A stretch of 64,000 nucleotides of DNA, from assembly GCF_009834535.1 (NCBI RefSeq), contig NC_045697.1, positions 3,846,001-3,910,000 of the forward strand, read 5' to 3'. The notes below the pieces were generated by a model that saw nothing but the letters and a program-made list of their open reading frames with translations, ran no database searches and was not told the DNA's origin. Every line of letters starts with the position of its first letter. The stretch's first letter is position 1. This document shows, in pieces, positions 52,691-64,000 of the stretch. This DNA is from Camelus ferus (taxonomy: Eukaryota). The position numbers were made by a program, and so were the translations under genes.

Positions 52691-52935
52691 GCCCCCTGCC
52701 TGCGCGGCCGATCTTCCGCCCGGGCTGCCGCCCCCCGCCGCGCCGCCGCCGCTCCTGGAGCTTGACGCTCGTCCTGCTGCCCCTCCTCTGGCCCGCTTGC
52801 CCGCCCGCCGTGGGCCTCGGGGCGGCTTTGCCAGTCCTTTTCTCTCCCGAAGGCCAAGCGGGGCCGCGAGGGGAAGCCTGAGGAGATCTTCATGCCCGCA
52901 GAGCCCCCGTGGACACCCGCCAGGGGCTTCCTTAC

Positions 52936-52990
52936 CTGGTCGGCTCCACCCGCGGCCATCTTGGAAGTGGGAAGCGGCCGGGAGGGGGAA
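52936..52990 (-). other. TBC1D14: Putative 5'UTR first exon (1a) of TBC1D14; 5' end approximate
   Basis: Strong donor CAG|GTAAGG at 52936/52935 inside the CpG island, just downstream of a YY1/TISU-like CAAGATGGCCGC. The TSS cannot be determined from sequence. Confidence 0.65.
52952..52968 (-). promoter_or_regulatory. YY1/TISU-like motif with adjacent ETS-like core
   Basis: Minus strand reads ACTTCCAAGATGGCCGC. CAAGATGGCCGC matches TISU SAASATGGCGGC at 11/12 and fits the YY1 motif. GGAAGT at 52963-52968 on the plus strand. Confidence 0.6.
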
Positions 52991-53261
52991 GGGGCACGAG
53001 CGGGCAGGGACCAGGCGTGGGGAGCCGAGCGGCGGAGCGCATCGATGGGCGCCCCTGCCCCAGGGCAGGCATGATGGGGAGGAGGGTCCCGGCCCGGACC
53101 TGGACGCAGGAGAGAGGTCTGGTGGGCTGGGTCAGAGCTCTCACCCGAGACGTGCAGCCTCCTGGACGTCGCTTTGATGTCTGCCCGGCCTTAGTGTCTT
53201 CATCTGTGAAACGGGCTTTTCAGGGAGTTCTCTTTTATTAAGCTGTTACACAATGCCTAGT

Positions 53262-53420
53262 GCTTAAGTTCCCCAAACTTGTCTGCACTTTAGTATCGCC
53301 TGAGGATCTTGAAAATTTCAAAGTCCAGGCCATGCCCTAGGCCAACTACATCACAGTCTCTGGAGGTGAGATACGAGTTTTGAAAGCTGTGTGATGTGCA
53401 GACAAGTTTGGGAACCACTG
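53262..53420. mobile_element. MER5A1-like MITE
   Basis: gttccccaaacttgtctgcac ... gtgcagacaagtttgggaaccactg, long inverted termini. Confidence 0.7.
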
Positions 53421-53792
53421 GCCTAGCGTTCATGTACACTACTTACCAACAACATTGCAGAAACTCCAGAGACAGGGTCTGTGATCCAAACCCCTGTGCA
53501 GGGTGGGAGATGAAGTCCCTTATCCAAGGTCGCAGGTCCAGTCAGTAGCTGAAAGGGATCGGAAGCCAGTTGCCCCTACCCAGACCGCCTTCTAAGATCA
53601 GGCAAGGCCCTGAATAAGAAAGCTCTTGTTCCCTAGTAACTGACCCCTTCCTCATCCCGCGTCGAGGATGTAGGCTTCCTGAGCCAAATTGGGCTTATCT
53701 TTACTGGTATGTTCCCTGAGCCTGGCAAATACTAGGCACTTAAATATTTGTTGAATTATTATATTCTGGGAACATCAAAGCAAGAAGAAAGA

Positions 53793-53929
53793 ATGGTGGG
53801 GGTGGAGAGAGGGTATAGCTCAGTGGTAAAGTGTTTCGCATGCACTAGGTTTGGGTTTCAATCCCCAGTACCTCCATTACAAAAAAAAAAAAACAAACAA
53901 ACAAAAAAACCTAATAATAAATAAATAAA
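53793..53929 (+). mobile_element. tRNA-Ala-derived SINE (Vic-1-like)
   Basis: gagggtatagctcagtggta...caatccccagtacctcca plus A-rich tail; near-TSD AAGA(A/G)GAAAGA. Confidence 0.8.
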
Positions 53930-56588
53930 AAGAGGAAAGACTCCAGTGGTGGGAAGCTGGAAAGCTTGGGTTCCACACTAGGCTTGGCTCCTTCCAACCA
54001 GGAGCCCTGAGGGCTGTTACAGGCAGCATTACCAGACAGGAAAGCTCCCAGGGACGACAGCTGCACCTAGAGAGCGGTCAGGGATAGGAAGGGTAATCTC
54101 TCCATCACAGCATCTGGAAACATGCAGTGGGAGGTGCATTTGAGCTGTGGTCATCAGCAATGGGCCAGAGAACCCCGACTTGTTTCTCCTGTCTGGGTCA
54201 TAGTTCTAAAAACTCTTAGCACCTCTTAGTTTATAGTGGCAGGAGGGGTGAGTACTTTAAAAAGGAAATCTGTTAACAGAATACATTAACACACTTCACA
54301 GCGGTTAGAGCATCATAGAAACTTTATAAATGCTTACATTTCTGGATGTTCTGAGGAAAAATAATATCAGGTCCCCTTCAAACCCCAGTGTGCCCTTCCT
54401 AGCTTATTTTAAGAAAACACTAACAGGAACGTAGACTTTGGGCCTGACTTAATTAGGATTTTAATATATCGGATTAATAAATCTGCTTTTACAGTGTTCT
54501 TTGCAACTCCCCAAATCCCCTCCAGCCCTCATGCTGAGCCTTAGGGTTTTAAAACCCCACAGTCGCAGGAATCATTGTTCTAAATCCAGAACCAAAAAGT
54601 CTGTGGTCCACGGATTTGTATCTGGCGCCCCCTGTCTGCCTTTCCCTCACTGTCTCCCCATTCCACTGCTCCCCAACTCAGAGCTCCTCCCTGGAGCCCA
54701 TCTGGCACTTAACACCCTTAGTACAGTTTGACCCATTTCTTTCCCCTTGTCATCAGCACCCAGAAGTGTTCAGATAAATCCTGATGGCAACTTGAGTATA
54801 ATAAAACTAAAAATGAACAAGATGAGCTGTGCGGCAGCATGCACTCTCAGCACCTCTCAGAATCTGAGCGCCTCTTGGCACTCCTCACCGCCGCCGCCCT
54901 GTGTCAGATGTGGAGACAACAACCGCATGGGGTGGGGGGGTTCGCACCCTGTCCCCCTCTGCCGGCTCACCGCTGCCTGCCTTGGTGAAGCCATCCCAGC
55001 TCCCCACGCGGCCCTAGTGTCCGGGGTCCCAGGGTGATCTCTCGCCTGGCTGTTCCTCTGGGGGCTGAAAAGCTGCTGCTTGTTGTAGGTGAGCAGCAGG
55101 CCCTCAGCTCCGTCTCTTCGATCCCAGGCACTGGGCCCGGCTAAGCCTGAAACCTTCCCTCCCAGCCCCTCCCCAACTCTCCCTATCTCTACAAGGCTCA
55201 CAGCACCGCCACCTCCCCGTCTGTGTGAGGATTGAATGAGTCAAAGTACACGAGAGCAATGGATAAATGTGAAAAAACTGCCTGGCTTTGTCAGTTTCTG
55301 GCATGTTTGGGGAGCTCTTGGCATCTCCCCAGCAATATAATGTAGACAAAGTGTGTTGTGAACCCAAGGTGAGGAGAGGCGCTGGGACACCTCGGGGATC
55401 CCACCGATGGCCTTCTCCAAGCCTGACCTCTGAGCCTCCCCAAGCTCGCCAACCACGAGTGGGGAACCCCAGGATGTCCGACACTGGAAACAAGCCCGGA
55501 GCCATCTGTGCTGGCCCCCTGCTGGGCTCGGGACACCAGCGTGACGGACAGCCCACAGTTCCTGCCCCCATGGAACCCCGGGCTCAGGGGGCAGGCAGAC
55601 GTGGCAGCTCGCAGAGGCAGCCACGTCCCCTGCAAGGGGAATGGGAACTGGCCAGGTGCAGACCCCAGAAGGGTCACAAGCAGTGTCAGAGCCGACAGGA
55701 CCTTTACGGATCGTCCAGCCCACCCCTCTCATCATTCAGTGGGGAAACTGAGGCTCAGAGAGAGAGACACGGAAGGGCCCAGGGTCAGGTGGGGCAAGTG
55801 CTGGGCACACGACCCAGGCCAGAGGTCCCCTGCCCTGCCAAACCGCCACCACAGCTCTTCCAGGAGCTGTGGGGATCTAGGTGCCCAAACACGCATTTCA
55901 CCCCTGCCTCTTCCCTAGCCCCCAAGTGCAAGCTCCGTCAGTGTCTGCTGACTAAATGAAAAAAACATTCTCAACCCTGCGCTCGAAACAGCTCCCCCAG
56001 GTGCCCTCTGCTGTGCTGGCTGTTTCACGCCATCACCACACCTGCCAGGTGAGCCCCACACCTGCCAAGCTGCCACATTGACCCTCACTTTGCAGGTGAG
56101 GAAACAGGCACTGGGAGGTGAGGACACTCAGCCCAGGCCTCAGCGTTCCCCCCACCATCCAGGAGCTCCTGGCCTCTCGCCATCCTCCCCGCTACCCTCC
56201 TTGTCCCCAGCTTCTGTTCAGAGCCACCAGGGGCCAGGGTGTGAGTAAAGGGTCCAGCAACTGACACACTCCATGTGGTCTGGCAGTGGGCCCGACTCTG
56301 CCGGGCAAAGGCAGATTACACCGTCCTTTATTTCAAAAGCGCCGCCCTCTGGCCCGAAGGCTTTCAGAAATCCAGGGAAGCTTATCTTTTCTGTCTTGAT
56401 TCCTTGGGGTAAAAGATTTCCCTGTGGAGATGCAAGTTCTTATTTTTAGGACACAATGCCTAGAATATGGGTTTCTCTGGTTGCTTCTGGAAATTGTGCA
56501 ATAGGAGAAAAAAAATGAATTCAGGAGTAGCCTGGGTCGCTGGAGGTAAACCTTCCAGCACCGCAGGCCCATAGAAGACAGAAACGTG

Positions 56589-57001
56589 GCCAGAAAGAGA
56601 AAGAAAAATACCATGTGATACCACTTACATGTGGAATCTAAAAAAAAAAAAAAAAAAATAGACAAACGAACTAATTTAGAAAACAGAAACAGACACACAG
56701 AGATAGAAAACAAACTTATGGTTACTGGGGGGGAAGCAAGTGGGAAGGGATAAACTGGGGTTCAAGATTTGCAGATACTAACTAATATAATATATATAAA
56801 ATAAACAAGTTTATACTATAACGCACAGGGAACTATATGCAATATCTTATAGTGAAATGGTGAAAAAGCATATGAAAACACATATGCGTGTGTTCATGTG
56901 TGACTGAAGCACTGTGCGGTACACCAGAAGTTGACACAACATTGTAAACTGACTATACTTCAATAAAAATATATATACAAAAAAAGAAGAAGGAAAGATG
57001 G
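56589..57001 (+). mobile_element. Lineage-specific L1 3' end
   Basis: ccagaaagagaaagaaaaataccat..catgtggaatctaaaa...attgtaaactgactatacttcaataaaa. Probable TSD AGACAGAAA(C/A)GTG at 56576-56588 and 57002-57014. Confidence 0.85.
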
Positions 57002-57267
57002 AGACAGAAAAGTGTTGTGATAACCAGAGCAGCCACCATGAACCCCTGCGTTTTGCTGCAAGAAACAGCATGAGACCCGCATGCCAGGTCATCAGCTCGA
57101 TCGCACTCAGTGCAGCCACCTGCTTCCTACCTGCGGTAGACTACCACCGGTGAATTCAAGGAGGCGGAACTCTTAGCAGTAGCACGTTTATAAAAGGGAG
57201 AAGGTGTGGTTCCAGCCAAAGAGAAAGTTATAACACACTGAATCCCTTTAGTCTAAAAGTACGCTAG

Positions 57268-57420
57268 GGCAATGAGAGGGGTGTATAGAGTGAGTGGTAG
57301 AGCACACGCTTAGCATGCACTAGGTCCTAGGTTCCATCTCCAGTACCTCCATTAAAAGAAATAAATAAATAAGCCTAATTACCTCCCCCCTCAAAAAATT
57401 TTTTTATTTAAAAATGTTTT
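57268..57420 (+). mobile_element. tRNA-Ala-derived SINE (Vic-1-like)
   Basis: gtggtagagcacacgcttagcatgcactaggtcctaggttcc..cagtacctcca...cctaattacctcccccc. Near-TSD TAAAAGTAC(G/A)CT at 57254 and 57421. Confidence 0.8.
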
Positions 57421-59264
57421 TAAAAGTACACTGGCAAGGAGCTATCCTTATAAAATTACCACAAAATTCAGGCAAAGACCGCTGCAAAAAGATGCTCACC
57501 ACAGTGTTAACTTACAACAGTGAAATGGATACGATGTAGCTGTCCAACCATGGGGAAAGGTTAGCTAAACAGAGAGACTTATATGCAGCCACAAATCTTC
57601 AAGTGGTTTATTATAGCAAAGAGATGCTTAAGTTATGAGTGATACTAAGTTTTAAATAAAGTATAATCAAAGAAAATGGACTCTGCATTATGCACAAAAA
57701 TAAACAGGAAGAAACACTGAAATGATATCAAAACACACAGAATGTCTTCTGATTAGGTATTTTGAAATTGTTAGATTTCCCACAACGGACATATGCTCTA
57801 TTTATGAGATGCGTTAAGATGCTGACATCATGATGGGTAAGCCACAGACTTCAGAAAGCACCGTAACCTGGGGCCATGGGATGAGAGCTCTGCACCCTTG
57901 CCCTTCCCACCAAAGCAAGACAAATCCTGTTCCCATTTTGCAGATGGGAACACTCGTGCTCCAAGGGGTTAGGTAATCAGCGCACAGCGGCTTGCTGTCA
58001 TGGGCGTGCTGACAACAGAGCCCTGTGACTGCGGTCTGTGTGGCCCACAGTCTGTAATAGCATCTCTAGCTGCCCCAGCAGCCCCATTGTGCGGTGCTGT
58101 TGCCCCATTTTACTGGGGACATTTGAATCCAGATGGGTCTGACCCCAGATCAAAGGTCACTAATTCTCAGAGCATCCCATGTAATTAATCGGAAGAAGTA
58201 AGTTATAATGAAACCAATAGACCCTCCGAAGAATGGAACCCATGGCCTGGGGCTGGGGAGGCAGGGGACCCCTGGGGCCTGCGGCTCACCAATGCTTAAG
58301 AAGCGTCCGGGGCTGGAGGTCTTAAGGTTCTAGGTACCAAGAAACCACAGAAAGCACTTGGGGGTGGGGCTCCGAGTTCCTGCACACCACAGTGGAATTT
58401 TCCAAATAGCCTTGTTTTTTTTAAAGGGATCACCCAGTTGCCTGCTGCTGCTGCCACCATCAAAGAGCAAAGCCCAGTTTAGAAGCTGCGGGGTCAGGTC
58501 GCACGTGGGAGCCCCGTGAGGAGGGGGCAGGGGGCAGAGAGGGCAGGGGGCACATTCCTTCCCATACCGGCTGACCCTGCAGGGAACGCCCTGCCCCCTC
58601 CATGGGTGAGGCTCTGTCTCAGGCCTGAGGGCTCTGCCAGCTCCCAGAGCCGCCTGGAGGCGCCCCAAAGCCCCTCGACCTCTCACATCCATGCCTTTGC
58701 ACCTGCTCTGCCCTCTGCCTGGAACTCCGGGACTCCTTTCCTCCTTTACATCCTAGTCCCCTTCAGTGTGTGGCTCAGAAGGCCACTCCAGAACAGCCTC
58801 CTGACTCTGACCCCCACCCCTACCCCAAGGCCCTGCTGGCCCGGCAGCCCTGGGACACCTCCCAGATGCCTTAGTGCCTTGTAGGATCCCTGTGCAGTCC
58901 CAGGTCCCCAGTGGGCAGCCAGGGCCCGCTCAGGGAGGGAATGATAGCACAGCCTCACTGAGCCCCACACCGTGTGTGTCCTCTCCCACCATCCTGGCCG
59001 CCACCCGTGTTGCAGAGAGGAACTGAGGCGCTTGCAGGAAACCTGCCTGCCCGGGGCCCCACGGCTGCTAGGTCCACAGGTGGGCTTTGTGCCCAGGCCC
59101 TCGGGCTCCAGAGTCCCCGCTCTGGATGGACATAACAAACGGTGTGTGACTTACTTGACATGGGGGTGGGGGGGTGAGGCCCTGCCCACACCACGTACTC
59201 CACACCCCTCCTTCCCTGCTGCCTCCCCCTCAGACACCCCTCTTTTTCTGGCCCCTGAGAAGAG

Positions 59265-59420
59265 AGTGGTGGTAGGAGAGAACGTGAGCTTGCAGGTCAG
59301 GCAGGTCTGGGCTGGAATCCCAGCTCCAGTGTTTACTGTGTGACTCTGGGCGAGTTACTTAACCTCTCTGAGCCTTGGTTTCCTCTTTCAGAGGAAGGGG
59401 TGTCCCACATACCTCAGGGG
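59265..59420 (+). mobile_element. MIR SINE
   Basis: ctgtgtgactctgggcgagttacttaacctctctgagccttggtttcctc. Confidence 0.7.
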
Positions 59421-60636
59421 GAGTGGTTCGGATGCCACACAGAGGAGCTACTTAGTATGTGCTGTCTTTCTTCCTGACACATCCGCTCACCCTGACTTAG
59501 CGACATCAACCTCTCCCCTTCCTCTTCCATCCTCAGACAACCTTAGGTCTCGCCTGTCTTAAAGGAACCTTCTCTGATGTACCCCATGTTCCTCTTCTTG
59601 ACAAACCTCCACCCCTATTTCCTCTACCCACCAACCAACAGCTTCCAAAGCGTGTACACAGGCACACATACACACATGCACGATTGGCCCCAGCCCCGTC
59701 CTCGCTGCAGGAATTGGCTTCCTAAATACCCCGGTACCGAGTCCCCGCCGTCCTTCCTCCATCCTGCACCTGGAGTGGCGGACGTCCCCAGCTCTCACAA
59801 AACTGCCCAGGGCTCCTTCTTGCTTTTTTCCCTCTGGAGCACCTGCCCCTTCCTCTTTAGAGAGGGAACAGACCTCAGCCTCTCCCAGGTCTCTGTCCTG
59901 AGGGGCCTCACACGAGCCCCGAGCCCCAGGCCTGCAGACCTTCCTCCCCTGTGACCATCACTGGTCAGGAGGCCTGCCCCTCCTCCTGCCAGTGCCCCCC
60001 ACCAGCCCCCAGGTTAGTGCCCCCACTCTCCATGCTCCAGCCTTTGTGCTGGGCGCCGACAGCCAACTAATACCGGGGCGAGCAGATAAACAAGGTCCAG
60101 CTCTGTCCTTAAATGTCTGCTAATCACGCTGATGGCTCCTAGCTGCCCGCTGCCTCCTGTGCAGGGTGAGCTCACGGCTGGGGGACAGAGTTGGCCAGTG
60201 GGCTTTTTTCTCTTGTAACCTAACCTTTTTTGAGGAGCCTGTGGGGAGATGCAGTCTCTGGGGAGGGGTGGGGCTTAGGGAGTGGCAGGTGAGGGTCTGC
60301 CTGGAGAAGGGGCAGGGGTGGCACCACCCAGAGGAGGTGAGTGGCGGGCCCACCTTCTGGGGGACACAGAGCTTCTCTCGGCTCCCCATCAAGGCCCCCA
60401 GCAGATGTCTGCTTTGAAGACATAAGAGGAGCCCAAGAAGCCCCCCTGAGCCTCTCCAGAGGCCTAAGCAGTGGGACCACGTGGGGTCAGGGAAGAGGCC
60501 CAGGCTCAGACCAGGGACCCCATCCCAGCTGTGCTGCTCACTGCACCTGAGTGACGATGGGGGTGGTGTATTTATCATGCCTGAACTTCAGCCTCCTCAC
60601 CTGTAAAATGGGCACATCAAGAGTTGTGGGGGTTTT

Positions 60637-61346
60637 GATAAATGCTGGAGAGGGTGAGGAGAGGGAACCCTCCTACACTGTTGTTGAGAATGTAAATTGG
60701 TGCAGCCACTATGGAGAACAGTATGGAGATTCCTTAAAAAAAACTAAAAATAGACTTACCATATGATCCAGCAATCCCACTCCCGGGCATATATTCAGGG
60801 AAAACTCTAATTCAAAAGATACATGCACACCAATGTTCATAGCAGCACTATTTACAACAGCCAAGACATGGGAGCAACCTAAATGTCCATTGACAGATGA
60901 CTATATAAAGAAGATGTGGTATAAATACACAATGGAATATTACTCAACCATTAAAAAGAATGAAATAATGCCATTTGCAGCAGCAACATGGATGGACACT
61001 AGAGATCATCACACTGAGTGAAGTACGTTAGAGACAATGAACAAATAGGACAATGAACTTACTTACAAAACAGAAAAAGACTCACAGACATAGAAAACAA
61101 ACTATGGTTACTGAGGGAAGGGGAGGGTGGAGGGATAATTTGGGAGTTTGGGATTTGCATATACAAACTACTATGTATAAAATAAACATGGTCCTATTGT
61201 ATAGCACAGGGAACTAAATTTGAAGGCTTATAATAACCTATAATGAAAAAGAATATATGTACGTATAACTGAATCACTGTGCTATACACCAGAAACTAAC
61301 ACAACGTTGTAAATCAACTGTACTTCAATTAAAAACAAACAAAAAA
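60637..61346 (+). mobile_element. Lineage-specific L1, ORF2 C-terminus plus 3'UTR, with TSD
   Basis: MFIAALFTTAKTWEQPKCP..KKMWY..TMEYY..IKKNEIMPFA is the L1 ORF2 C-terminus. TSD AAGAGTTGTGGGG(G)TTT at 60619 and 61347. Confidence 0.9.
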
Positions 61347-62490
61347 AAGAGTTGTGGGGTTTACCCGAGGCACAGCGTGTGCAGCACGAACAGCGGTCAC
61401 ATGCGTGTGGAATGAGACAGGCTGGAACTTCACAAGGATGACTTCAGATGTACAGGGATGAGCACCTGCATTTCTGTGCATTTTAAATATTAGAGGAAAA
61501 GTCTAGCCTTCTGTTTGCAGAAGAGACGTAAACTATCTTCACCAGCCTCTGAGCGGTCATCACCGGTAACTTCCTGGTGGCTCCTGATGGGTCAAGGACC
61601 CACGCAGGCTGGGCACCTGCTTTGTAACCGCCTGGGGGTGTGATTTTTGCCCTAGGTACTTTTTAATGGATTAAAAAAAATTGATCCTTATCATGACTCA
61701 AATATTTACCAAATCATCTGTGTGCGCCTGCCTGGTTGTGTGGTAAAAGCTAAGGACCTGAGAAGTGATTCAGAAACGATCCCTTCTCAGTTAATAGAAG
61801 AGAGAAAGGTGGGAAAAGATACTTTACTTTTTCTCCATGTAAGAAAAATTCATAACCATCGTGGGCAATTTGGCAAAGGCAGATGTGCCCACAGAAGGAA
61901 GCACATAGCGCCCGCAATCCCACCTTCCAGAGAGGACCGCGGGAGTGAGAGCCGCTCGAGCTTTTCCTTTGTCTTCTTGTCCTGCACCCTGTTCTCTGTG
62001 ACTAGAAGTCTGAGCTTTCGAGTCAGGTGGCCCTGCATCTGGTCCTACTCTGCTGCTTAGTAACGGTGTAAGTGCCCTCTGAGAGCTGCAGTTTTCTGCA
62101 TCACTGAAGCAGAGCTTAAAAAATGTTCCCTCCCTCATGGGACCCTATGGAAGTCAAGTGCAGCAGAGAACAGGGAGCAGGGAGTAGCCGGCGGGGTGGG
62201 CAGGTGCCTGGTGGGTACTGGCTGCTCCATGTCAATCAGCAGAGCGGTTGTAGTTTCTTAATTTCTATTTCTCACCAGCCAATATCACAGCCCAACACTT
62301 TGTTCTCCAGATGGAGAAACTGAGGCCCAAGGAGGAGAGGGTTACAGGGTAAAGGGAGTCAAGACATCCTTTTCCTCTCCCACCGGGGACCCACCATGGC
62401 TGGGCACAGCCTTACAACAGGTAATGTCTAATAAGACCCCTTCTGTGCTGTGACCCACCCTCCCCTCCACAGCAAAAAGTGAAGTTTCTC

Positions 62491-62899
62491 CATGGAGAGT
62501 TCCTCTCTAAATAGAAAAGAAGCAAGAATCTACCGAAAAAAAGCAAATCTCAATTGGAAATGTGATAACTACAATGAACAGCAAAAGAATAATACACATG
62601 AAGACGTAAAAGAGGACATGTGAATTGTAAAATGTGGGGAGAGGAGCTAAGAAAATGTAGATTATTTTTGTCTTATTTTTTCGAATGTGTTTGAGCCTTT
62701 ACGATTACCAGTATAAAATAAACAAGGTCATACTGTACAGCACAGGGAATTGTATTCAATAGCTTGGAGTAACCCATAATGAAAAAGAATCTATATACAC
62801 ACATATATGCATCACTGAATCACGATGCTGTACACCAGAGACTAAAACAACATTGTAAACTTCAATGAAAGAAAGAAAGAGAAAAAGAAAGAGAGAAAA
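62491..62899 (+). mobile_element. Internally deleted L1-derived insertion (inter-ORF-like segment fused to 3' terminus)
   Basis: TSD TGAAGTTTCTC at 62480-62490 and 62900-62910. The 3' part matches the L1 termini at 56.8 and 61.2 kb. (GAAA)n tail. Confidence 0.7.
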
Positions 62900-63479
62900 T
62901 GAAGTTTCTCAAGGGTGCTGCTTCTCCTGGAAGCCTGCCCATCTGTCTGAGACAGTGGGTAAATCATTTGCTTTTGTGTAAATGACAGTGGTTCCAGAGC
63001 TCCAGTTAGGAAGACTGGAGCATCCAGGGAGGGGGGGCTGCCCCTCTAGTGGGAGGTATTAGGACATCATCCTGGTGTGAGGAGGTGCTTACTGTGACCT
63101 TCCATGAGAAGGGCTGCATGTAAGATCAAACAAGGAATGACACTGACAATGATTAAAAATGCCCACAGAAGTTAGCTTGTAGTGGGATTTTACCATATGT
63201 GCTTTGTGATTTTTGTTAATTTTCCAAATTTCTACAATCATCTTATCTTGATAAGCAGATAAAAGATTCTTTACTAAAATAAGTGGTGCAGGGGAGCAGA
63301 ATGACAGGTGTGCAGGAAGGTCACATTCACCATTCACACACCCTCCCGACAGCCACCCTCAGTGCAAGGGGCACGTGCGAGGGGCTGGGCTTGTGGGGGA
63401 CAGATGCCAGCTCAGCGCCAGTCTTCGAGAAGCCTGTGGTTTTAGGGGGAAGGAAGACAGTGATCAGTGACACAAAGTA

Positions 63480-63830
63480 AAGGTTCCACAACTGTGACAT
63501 GTGTCACAAAAACATGCCCTGGGGTGGGAGGAGTTGACCTGATCTGGAAGGCTGAGACCTGAAGGCTGATGGGAGTTAGTTAGGGGAAGGGGGCAGGAAA
63601 GAGCGCCCAGCAGCCAAAATGGCATGTGCGAAGGCCCTGTGGTGTGGGGAAGACCCACTGGCAAGGCTGGAGCCGAGACTGGGGTAAAAGTGAGGGGATG
63701 AGATCAGATTTGCATTTTGCAAAGATCGTACTGTCTGCAGTGCCAAGGATGGCTTGGTGCCTTGAAAATAGCTTTGAGAGGCCAGGAGGAAGCCATTTAT
63801 GAAGTTAAACCACATCCCCAGGGATGTATG
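63480..63830 (-). mobile_element. L2 fragment
   Basis: gctgagacctgaaggctgatgggagttag...gcatgtgcgaaggccctgtggtg...gatcagatttgcattttg. Confidence 0.6.
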
Positions 63831-64000
63831 CAGGCATAGGCAAAGGAGGGTCCAGTGGCAAGAGGAAGTCTGCGCAGATCTGTGGAGACTGCAGATGCTG
63901 CTCCCCAGGCACCCAGGTGCCTGGTAGGCGGCCTGGGGTCCAAAAAGGCAGAAGGCTCCCTCCTCTCCATGACTTCAGCCCCCAGCAAGGCTTCAGGCAA

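Larger units (their letters stand above)
51890..53190. promoter_or_regulatory. CpG island / TBC1D14 promoter
   Basis: Very GC- and CpG-rich ~1.3 kb block, unlike the rest of the window, ~9 kb upstream of exon 2. Many GC boxes. Confidence 0.92.

Noticed and set aside
51700..53240. Many long Pro/Arg/Gly/Ala-rich ORFs on both strands
   Set aside because: Expected stop-codon scarcity in a CpG island and VNTR. No recognisable protein.
63038..63053. CTCF-like CCACTAGAGGGGCAG
   Set aside because: An extra G breaks the conserved GGC spacing of the core.

Overview
This is mammalian genomic DNA, most likely from a camelid, judged from three tRNA-Ala-derived SINEs of the Vic-1 type and cetartiodactyl-style L1 3' ends. 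It holds the 5' half of TBC1D14 (TBC/RabGAP-domain autophagy regulator) on the minus strand. The CpG-island promoter lies at ~51.9-53.2 kb, with a first-exon donor at 52936. The large first coding exon is 43565-42830 (ATG 43548), followed by a 33 kb intron and a 121-bp coding exon at 9836-9716. The gene continues past the left edge of the window. The rest is intronic or upstream DNA full of L1, L2, MIR, MER DNA transposons, two related solo LTRs and microsatellites. Nearly all ORFs in the supplied track are non-coding noise, and I see no new multi-gene system. The best leads are regulatory: (1) a TISU/YY1-like uAUG whose spliced 14-codon uORF stops on the main start codon (AUGA overlap); (2) an internal promoter and in-frame alternative first exon at ~20.2 kb; (3) a 7-copy GC-box VNTR in the promoter; (4) a candidate in-frame 48-nt cassette exon; (5) an internally deleted, half-L1-like insertion. 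Repeat family names and most repeat boundaries are by-eye recognition and approximate.
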